A stretch of 32,000 nt of DNA from an uncultured Actinomycetota bacterium (lineage in GTDB: Bacteria; Actinomycetota; Actinomycetes; Actinomycetales; Dermatophilaceae): assembly GCA_963730365.1 (NCBI GenBank), contig CAVSRM010000011.1, positions 179,110-211,109 of the forward strand, read 5' to 3'. Of this stretch, positions 26,434-32,000 are shown piece after piece; the first letter of the stretch is position 1, and each line of letters begins with the position of its first letter. The notes under the pieces were generated by a model. The model was not told where the DNA came from and made no database searches. It was given only the letters and a program-made list of their open reading frames with translations. The position numbers and the translations under genes were made by a program.

Positions 26434-26457
26434 CTTGCGTACGCAAGGCTACGCAAG
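26434..26457. promoter_or_regulatory. Perfect 14-bp palindrome CTTGCGTACGCAAG plus an extra half-site TACGCAAG, overlapping a -10-like TAGCCT (minus strand); operator-like site upstream of the secreted-protein gene
   Basis: Read directly. The palindrome is at 26434-26447 and the repeat half-site at 26450-26457. The minus-strand TAGCCT is at 26446-26451, 67-90 nt upstream of GTG 26367. Confidence 0.35.
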
Positions 26458-26683
26458 CACCTCCCAACGCCGGCACCACCAAGATTGATGAATTGACCTG
26501 ACGCAATTCGACAAGTTCTCGGGCCACCGGGTGAGTTCTCCATTTTCGGAGCGCGGCGCCACCCCTTCCCGAGAGAATGCACGTGCGTCATCCATTGTTT
26601 GTCGAATGCGCCGGGCAGGCGGGCCCCGACGGTGGGTCGAGGTCTTGCCCGTCCGATGCCGCCGCGACGGTGCCTTCTGAAAT

Positions 26684-27817
26684 CTACGTGCGCACGGGCC
26701 CGGCGCTGGCCACGTCGTCGACGACCTCGATGATCGTCCGGGTGTTCGCCAGCAGTGCCCCGTAGACCGGCCATGAGATCCGGGGTAGCTGCCCGTCCGA
26801 CAGGTCGGCGACCAGGTCGCCGACATCCTGACGCAGGGGCGCGACGTCGGGGTTCGGCTCGGCCACCGAGCGTCCGAGCGCGGCCAGCAACGGGAGGTAG
26901 CGGTCGCGGAACCTCGGGTCCCACTCGAGACCGGCGCGGCGGGTCTCGACGATGTGCCTGGCCATGCTTCGGGCCTGTGCGACCCCTTCCTCCAGGCGGA
27001 TGAGGACGTCACCCAGATGGGCCGGGGTGCTGTCGTCGTGCAGGCGGCGGCGTGGGTTGAGGCGTCGGCTCTCGTCCGAGAAGGAGACGAGCGACCAGGC
27101 CCGGTCGAGGTCCCCGTCGATGGACCGGGTCCGCTCGATCCAGTCGTCCTCCGCGGAGCCCTCCGTGGGCTGGAGGGCCTCGGACGCCATGTCGGTGAGC
27201 AGGTCTCCCAGGCGACGGGTCACCCGGTCCACCTGCGCTTGGGCGCTCCTGTCGTCCAACGGTGGGATCACGAGCAGATTGACGAGGAGGGCGATTCCGA
27301 CGCCCAGGGCGGTGTCGAGAAGACGGTCCGGGAGCAGGTCGATGGCGGCTCCTTGTGACTGCTGCTCGCCCGTGGTGATGACGAAGAGGGCAGTGGTGGC
27401 GATCAGGGTCCCTTCATGGCGCACCCACGGCAGTCGCGCAAGGGCGAGCCCGGCGAGGAGGGCGATCGTGAGCGCGAGGGTGGACGGTCCGAACACCTGC
27501 AGCACCACGAAGGACAGGACGATCCCGGCCGCGACGGAGGCCACGGTCTCGACTCCACGGCGCACGGTGCGCTGCACCGTCGCATGCACGGTCAGCAGCG
27601 CCACCCAGGGGGCCAGGAACGGCTGGTGCAGCCCGAGGACGCTGTCCGCCAGCACCCACGACAGAACCGCCGCCGTGGTGGCCTTGACGACCTGAAGGGC
27701 ATCGGTCGCGGCGACCGCGGAGCCGGCCCACCTCGTCAGGGCCCCAAGCGCCTGCCGGCACCGGTCTCCAAGGCCACGGCTCGTTTCGGGGGTCGCCCCG
27801 GGGCCGGTCGTCAACAC
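26684..27817 (-). CDS. FUSC / aromatic-acid-exporter (ArAE)-like membrane protein, 377 aa
   Basis: GTG at 27817 lies 5 nt after AGGAGG. The N-terminal half has about 5 TM (LQVVKATTAAVLSWVLA..., PWVALLTVHATV, VASVAAGIVLSFVVLQVF, LALTIALLAGLALA, LGVGIALLVNLLVIPPL). The C-terminal half is a helical cytoplasmic domain, as in FUSC-family proteins. Confidence 0.8.
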   Translation of the reverse strand: MLTTGPGATPETSRGLGDRCRQALGALTRWAGSAVAATDALQVVKATTAAVLSWVLADSVLGLHQPFLAPWVALLTVHATVQRTVRRGVETVASVAAGIVLSFVVLQVFGPSTLALTIALLAGLALARLPWVRHEGTLIATTALFVITTGEQQSQGAAIDLLPDRLLDTALGVGIALLVNLLVIPPLDDRSAQAQVDRVTRRLGDLLTDMASEALQPTEGSAEDDWIERTRSIDGDLDRAWSLVSFSDESRRLNPRRRLHDDSTPAHLGDVLIRLEEGVAQARSMARHIVETRRAGLEWDPRFRDRYLPLLAALGRSVAEPNPDVAPLRQDVGDLVADLSDGQLPRISWPVYGALLANTRTIIEVVDDVASAGPVRT

Positions 27818-28070
27818 TGGCGCCTCCTGCTGGAGCTCGACGGCGTGCCAGCGGGCAACCAGGGATGGGCCGTCGATCGCCTCGTTGCCCAACCTCGCGG
27901 CTCCGCTGAGCGTTCGCAGTGAACGCTACCGCTCGTCGTGGCACGCAGACCCGAGGGCACGGTCCCCCTTTATCCACAGGTGACGCTGCTCGGGGTGCGG
28001 ATCGGCCGAGGGTGCGGTTCGCTAGGCGGGTCGTGAGGCCCCGAGGGGGTGGCCACTGATCGGGAAGGGG

Positions 28071-28337
28071 ATGGCCGTGGACGCGGTCCGGACGCTCGAG
28101 ACCGAGGTGAGGGAGCTCATCCGGCGCTCCGGACTCGACCCTGCCCACGATGAGGCTCAGGTGCGTCGCCTCGTGCGCGACGCGGTGAGTGACTACGACG
28201 AACGGTCAGTGCACGGGGGGATGCCGGTTCTCGCCGACATCGAGGCAGCCTCCCGGGCGGTCTGGGACACCGTGGCCGGCTTCGGGGCACTGCAGCGGTA
28301 CTTCGACGATCCGAGTGTCGAGGAGATCTGGGTCTAG
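28071..28337 (+). pseudogene. tadA: 5' fragment (88 codons) of a CpaF/TadA-family Tad pilus secretion ATPase
   Basis: The ATG follows GGAAGGGG. The peptide ...VRRLVRDAVSDYDERSVHGGMPVLADIEAASRAVWDTVAGFGALQRYFDDPSVEEIW matches the conserved N-terminal region of CpaF/TadA ATPases (normally about 400-450 aa). It stops at TAG right after EEIWV. No ATPase core follows in any frame. Confidence 0.75.
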
Positions 28338-28509
28338 CGTCGCCTGACCCTGGGGTCAACGGCCCCCGCCACGGCTCACCGACGCGTGTGAGCCTAGCGA
28401 GGTCGAACAGGAATGGCCCCGGGCGATGGGTGGGTCACTTCGCCCACTGTGGGGCAGCGTCACAGCGCCCAAGCCTCCGGGCTTGCCGGAACCTGTCAAC
28501 CTCGTTGGG

Positions 28510-29535
28510 TCAGTTCTTCGTTCGGGTTGTTGAGTCGGTTGGGTCTGGCTTGTTGATCCAAGTGGTGCCGGGCAGGTTCGGGGGTTCGGGGTGCTTGCGG
28601 ACGAACCTCTCGGGGTTCGTCGCGTAGGCGACGCTGAGGGTCTTGGCGCGGGCCTCTTGGACGGTGCTGGCATGGCCGTGGTGGACGTCGAACGGGGTGT
28701 GCATCCCGATCCCGGAGTGGCGGTGGTCCTGGTTGTACCAGCGGTAGAAGATGCTGCAGAACGCTCGGGCGTCCTCGAGGGATCCGAAGGTCTCGGGGAA
28801 GTCGGGCCGGTACTTCAGGGTCTTGAACTGCGACTCCGAGAACGGGTTGTCGTTGGAGCAGTGCGGACGCGAGTGAGACTTGGTGACGCCGAGGTCGGCG
28901 AGCAGAAACGCGACCGGTTTCGAGGCCATCGAGGAACCGCGGTCGGCGTGGATGGTCAGCTGGTGCCGCTCGACTTTCTGCTTGGCGATCGTGTCGCCCA
29001 GCAGCCGCTCGGCCAGCTCCTTGGACTCCTTCGTGGCGACCATCCAGCCCACGGTGTAGCGGGAGTAGATGTCGATGATCGAGTACAGGTAGTAGTAGGT
29101 CCACTTTGCCGGGCCGGTGAGCTTGGTGATGTCCCAGGACCAGCACTGGTTCGGGCCGTGCGCGACGAGCTCGGGCTTGACCCGTGGCGGGTGCACTGCC
29201 TGGCGGCGCCGTTCCCGCACGCCGCCGTGGGTCCGGCGCAGGAGTCGGTACATCGTGGACTCCGAGCACAGGTAGCGGCCTTCGTCGAGCAGGATCGCGT
29301 ACACCTCGCCCGGGGAGAGGTCGACGAACCGGGGCTCGTGGAGCACCGCGAGGACCTCGGTCCGCTCGGTAGCCGTCAGCGCCCGCGGCTGGGGTTGGGG
29401 CTCACGTGCCGCCTGGGCCGGGGGCGGGCTCTTGCGGTGCCACCGGTAGTGCGTCGCGCGGGGTCGCCCGACCGCGGCGCAGGCAGCCGCCACACCCACC
29501 AGGGGCTCGAGTTCGGTGATCGCCCCGTCGGTCAT
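28510..29535 (-). CDS. IS3-family transposase OrfB (HTH plus DDE integrase core), 341 aa
   Basis: rve-type DDE triad context: [39 protein letters not shown]-terminal HTH: [20 protein letters not shown]. Confidence 0.9.
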   Translation of the reverse strand: MTDGAITELEPLVGVAAACAAVGRPRATHYRWHRKSPPPAQAAREPQPQPRALTATERTEVLAVLHEPRFVDLSPGEVYAILLDEGRYLCSESTMYRLLRRTHGGVRERRRQAVHPPRVKPELVAHGPNQCWSWDITKLTGPAKWTYYYLYSIIDIYSRYTVGWMVATKESKELAERLLGDTIAKQKVERHQLTIHADRGSSMASKPVAFLLADLGVTKSHSRPHCSNDNPFSESQFKTLKYRPDFPETFGSLEDARAFCSIFYRWYNQDHRHSGIGMHTPFDVHHGHASTVQEARAKTLSVAYATNPERFVRKHPEPPNLPGTTWINKPDPTDSTTRTKN

Positions 29536-29966
29536 CGCTCGCTGTCGTTCCTGCTGCTGTCGGTCGCGAGGGTGTCCAACAGAGCCGAGAGTTTTCCCTG
29601 CACCTCGATCACGCGGCGTGCCGTGTCCAGCTCCGCGGCGAGGCGCTGGTTCTCCTTGCGCAGCCGGGCTGCCTCACGTTGGGCCGGGTCGGCCGGCGCC
29701 GCCCCGCCCGGCTTCCCGAGCGCCGCGAGGGCGCCCTTGTCGCGCTGCTCGCGCCAGGCGCTGATCAGCGAGGTGTACAGGCCCTCGCGGCGTAGCAGCG
29801 CTCCCTTGCCGGCCCGGTCGGCTGCCTCATACTCGGCGAGCACGTCACGCTTGTACGCCGCGGTGTAGGTCCGTCGGCGTGCCCGCTCGGGGACCTCGGG
29901 ATCAGGAACATCACTCACCACTCCAGATTGCCTCGCCTCGACCGGCTGCGGCACTGTCGTCGTCAT
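29532..29966 (-). CDS. IS3-family transposase OrfA (HTH plus leucine-zipper-like helix), 144 aa
   Basis: ATG at 29966 lies 8 nt after GAAGGAG. Blocks: [16 protein letters not shown] and a C-terminal coiled coil, [30 protein letters not shown]. Its stop overlaps the orfB ATG (ATGA). Confidence 0.85.
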   Translation of the reverse strand: MTTTVPQPVEARQSGVVSDVPDPEVPERARRRTYTAAYKRDVLAEYEAADRAGKGALLRREGLYTSLISAWREQRDKGALAALGKPGGAAPADPAQREAARLRKENQRLAAELDTARRVIEVQGKLSALLDTLATDSSRNDSER

Positions 29967-30055
29967 CAGGGGAACTCCTTCCCCGCCCTCCAAGGCACTG
30001 ATCAGGACGGTCCTGGTGCCTCACACAAGGCTGACAGAGAGGGGAACCCCGGACG

Positions 30056-31426
30056 TTAGCGGGACAGGTACTTTTTGATGCAGTGGAGTGCGCCCAGGGC
30101 GATAGCCAGGTGGCTGAAGTCGGCGAGTTGGTGGACGGTGAAGCCGAGCCCTTCCCAGATTTCGCGGTGTTTGGCATCCACAGTAGCCAGAGGGGCGCTA
30201 CTTCCGTGTCCGTAAGTCGGCAGCCAAACATCACGACTGTCGCCGTCAATCTGCACAAGACAATTGTTCGACGTGGCGTGGTACCACCGCAGCGTTCCCT
30301 CAACCGCGACGACGTTACCCTCGATCTCGACCCGACGAGCACGGTCGTCCACCAGCGCTGGGACGAGCGGCAATGGCGTCCGGATCACCTGGAAGCCCAG
30401 ACTTTCGAGCTGGGCAGCGATGTCGTCGTACTCGGACTGCATGTTGAACGCCCGCGTCGAGTCGCCCAAGAGCTCGTCTGCTAGGCCAGGGTCGCCGACC
30501 AGGACGCGGTACGGGCCGTCAGGCGTTGCCCGACCGGCGAGGGATACGAACATGTCAATGTGGAAGATCGGCTGGCGTAGCCCTTCCCCGCCCAGCTCGT
30601 TTAGGTACATCTTGCCCCCATACTCCGATACGAACTTGTCGGGCGGCCGGGACAGGGGCTGGGACTCGAGGAAGTGGAATTCCTTGCTGGGGTCAAGGGC
30701 ATCGCGGAATAGCTGCCGGATGAACCGCTCCTGAGTATCGCGGTCGCCGATAGGGAAGTCCCGTATCGCATCCTCCTCAATCGCAGTCATGATCGACTCG
30801 TCCAAGTCGTCACGCCCAATCAGAACGAACTCGTCACCGATCAGCATGTTCCCGCCTTGAAAGGAGAGGGGGAGCTGTGTGGACGCCAGATCTGGGGACG
30901 CCTCCGCCACTAGGTCCGCCACAAGGCCGTCACCGTACCGCGGGAAACTGTATGGCTCGACCAGATAGGTCTCGACCACACCATCGCTGCTGGCGTCCGT
31001 CACCACGGTGCACGCATCCTCAGCCCAAATGCTGAAGGCGAGGTGGTGGGGGGTCTGGACCAATTCGATCTCGCGGCTGTCTCCCGCCTGTTTGATGATC
31101 TCCTGCAGCTCCTCGAGACCGTTGGGGTGCACCGCGAACGTGACACGGGTTGACGCCGGTAGTTGCTGCAGGAGGTCGACGAAGGTGTGGCGGTGAGGGG
31201 GTACGGTGCCGTCTTCATACGCGGGGTATCCCGCATACCACAGCATGATGTGCCTGATCGGGCCGTGAGCCAACGACACCAGAGACGGTGACTGCAACCC
31301 CGGCGTTGGCAGTGGCTTGACCTCGAAACCCTCGACGGTGTCGAAGCGGTCGTCGCGCTTTAGGCAACGCAGCGGGGTACTCAGCGGCAGCGGCGCAGTC
31401 TTCTTCAGGACGACTCTCTCAGGCAT
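30056..31426 (-). CDS. Divergent pentein-fold guanidino-group-modifying enzyme (agmatine deiminase / Porphyromonas-type PAD-like), 456 aa
   Basis: Family-ordered motifs: MLWYAGYP, SIWAEDACTVV (compare DxWxRDxGP), SFQGGNMLIG (compare EGGN), PIFHIDMFVSL (compare GHxD), WYHATSNNCLV, and the C-terminal catalytic-Cys motif LGALHCIKKY (compare GGxHCxT). ATG 31426 lies 6 nt after AGGAGA. It has a TAA stop and many A/T-ending codons, so G+C is visibly lower than in the core genome. Confidence 0.7.
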   Translation of the reverse strand: MPERVVLKKTAPLPLSTPLRCLKRDDRFDTVEGFEVKPLPTPGLQSPSLVSLAHGPIRHIMLWYAGYPAYEDGTVPPHRHTFVDLLQQLPASTRVTFAVHPNGLEELQEIIKQAGDSREIELVQTPHHLAFSIWAEDACTVVTDASSDGVVETYLVEPYSFPRYGDGLVADLVAEASPDLASTQLPLSFQGGNMLIGDEFVLIGRDDLDESIMTAIEEDAIRDFPIGDRDTQERFIRQLFRDALDPSKEFHFLESQPLSRPPDKFVSEYGGKMYLNELGGEGLRQPIFHIDMFVSLAGRATPDGPYRVLVGDPGLADELLGDSTRAFNMQSEYDDIAAQLESLGFQVIRTPLPLVPALVDDRARRVEIEGNVVAVEGTLRWYHATSNNCLVQIDGDSRDVWLPTYGHGSSAPLATVDAKHREIWEGLGFTVHQLADFSHLAIALGALHCIKKYLSR

Positions 31427-31637
31427 TCCGGATCTCCTCATCGGACGACAACGTCAGCCCGAAGACCTGTCGGGCAACTCGAAAGTCCCACACCCACCAA
31501 TACTCTGACAAGGCCCAAATGCGCAGCGCCGTAACGATGGTTTCATCGGTGAGCATGACGCTGTCATGACGCGACAGTTCTCGATGCACGTCGGTCTGCC
31601 CCGGCGAAAGGAGGCGCAGCAAACCACCGACTGTCAT
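31419..31637 (-). CDS. Small hypothetical protein (72 aa), Trp-rich, translationally coupled to the pentein-like gene
   Basis: Its stop overlaps the downstream start (aATGccTGA, 8-nt overlap). Codon usage matches the downstream gene. The peptide contains ...TALRIWALSEYWWVWDFRVARQVF... I recognise no family. Confidence 0.4.
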   Translation of the reverse strand: MTVGGLLRLLSPGQTDVHRELSRHDSVMLTDETIVTALRIWALSEYWWVWDFRVARQVFGLTLSSDEEIRNA

Positions 31638-31772
31638 TGTCGCGAGAAATGTCGCTGACGTTCCGGGCGAGACCTCCCCTGCGCCTACCTGGTGGGGCTC
31701 GAGTCCTGCCCCCGGGCGAGCGGAGGCGAGGAGCAGGGCCCGGACGAGCTCGGTGTCGGTAGCTCGGTCAGG

Positions 31773-32000
31773 TCAATCCGCAGTCCGTCGGGCGACCTCG
31801 ACCAATCGTGTGATCCCGTCGGCAGCGAGCCCGACCGGCGGCAGCTCGCCGTAGGGCCATCGGGGCATCCGAAGCTGGTCGGTGTTGATGCCGAAGTCCA
31901 CAAGCCCGAGCCCCACCCTCGGAATTCCTTCGCAAGCCCCGGTGTACTCAAGCGCCGCGCTGCGGACGGTGAGGAGCAGTGCGGTCAGCACGGCGATCTG
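31773..32000 (-). CDS. 3' end of a CDS running off the window (function unknown)
   Basis: The frame is open from the window edge to TGA at 31773-31775 (...LEYTGACEGIPRVGLGLVDFGINTDQLRMPRWPYGELPPVGLAADGITRLVEVARRTAD*). Third positions are mostly G/C. It is in the same frame as the 72-aa ORF downstream. Confidence 0.35.
   Translation of the reverse strand, partial: QIAVLTALLLTVRSAALEYTGACEGIPRVGLGLVDFGINTDQLRMPRWPYGELPPVGLAADGITRLVEVARRTAD

Larger units (their letters stand above)
28494..30036 (-). mobile_element. IS3-family insertion sequence (about 1.54 kb; boundaries tentative)
   Basis: orfA and orfB are in the 0/-1 frame relationship. Candidate terminal inverted repeats are TGTCAACCTCGTTGG (28494->) and TGTCAGCCTTGTGTG (reverse complement from 30036), matching at 11 of 15 positions with TG...CA ends. 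An alternative pair is TGTGAG at 28387 with CTCACA at 30025. No flanking direct repeat fits either choice. Confidence 0.75.

Noticed and set aside
28355-28366. GTCAACGGCCCC (V-N-G-P) 18 nt after the tadA TAG, which could be the natural continuation EEIW-VNGP after a small insertion.
   Set aside because: Downstream translation in that frame (RHGSPTRVSLARSNRNG…) and in the other frames shows no CpaF-like sequence. A four-residue resemblance is within chance.
28338-28493. The 156-bp segment between the tadA fragment and the IS, as a possible small gene or att site (ORF 28388-28627 +, 79 aa; ORF 28356-28673 -, 105 aa).
   Set aside because: Both ORFs run into or overlap the transposase gene and have implausible compositions. 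No tRNA-like or repeat structure was found. The segment stays unassigned, as either an IS-end extension or a rearrangement scar.
28387-30025. Alternative IS3 boundaries defined by a perfect TGTGAG / CTCACA terminal pair. These would include a CAAGCC-tccg-GGCTTG hairpin (28469-28484) downstream of orfB.
   Set aside because: They are not excluded, but identity collapses after 6 bp, whereas the 28494/30036 pair matches 11 of 15. I kept this only as an alternative. Neither pair has direct repeats.
31685-31951. ORF 31685-31951(-), 88 aa.
   Set aside because: The translation is Ser/Pro/Gly-rich and overlaps the better-looking frame 31773-32000. It is most likely a shadow ORF.
1-32000. A search for CRISPR arrays, tRNA/rRNA genes and recognisable riboswitches in intergenic regions (1311-1508, 3069-3173, 4383-4503, 16151-16375, 26368-26683, 27818-28070).
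   Set aside because: I saw no regularly spaced repeats, no T-arm/anticodon-arm signatures (GGTTCGAATCC-like) and no riboswitch cores I can recognise by eye. Absence by eye is weak evidence, so Infernal/Rfam and tRNAscan-SE should be run.

Overview
High-GC actinobacterial chromosome, probably Micrococcales-like, judged from about 90% G/C at third codon positions and the many shadow ORFs. Positions 1 to about 23.7 kb look like core genome. They hold a META-domain lipoprotein, a basic hypothetical protein, an SLC13/DASS permease, a second polytopic transporter, and the 1632-aa NAD-specific glutamate dehydrogenase. Next come the PdtaS sensor kinase and convergent WhiB1 (the same pairing as M. tuberculosis Rv3220c/Rv3219) and a small membrane protein. 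A roughly 1520-aa FHA-domain FtsK/SpoIIIE (EssC/EccC-like) ATPase follows, with no other type VII secretion genes nearby. Divergent from it is a tightly coupled group-3b-type [NiFe]-hydrogenase operon: hyhB, a cNMP-like domain protein, hyhG, hyhS, hyhL, an endopeptidase, a long-tailed HypC, an EamA transporter and a DUF6390-like protein. From about 23.7 kb the window becomes accessory and decayed. It holds a NUDIX hydrolase, a SAM-methyltransferase broken by two homopolymer indels, a secreted protein with a palindromic operator-like site, and a FUSC/ArAE-type membrane protein. A tadA/cpaF gene is cut off after 88 codons and is followed by an IS3-family element. A visibly lower-GC block then encodes a divergent pentein-fold (agmatine-deiminase/PPAD-like) enzyme coupled to a 72-aa ORF. 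The best novelty candidates are that pentein module, the orphan FHA-EssC-like ATPase whose tail is encoded antisense to a neighbouring gene, and an identical 12-mer leaderless-promoter-like element in front of two genes flanking whiB1. No tRNA, rRNA or CRISPR array was seen. All calls rest on reading the translations and sequence; no database search was run.
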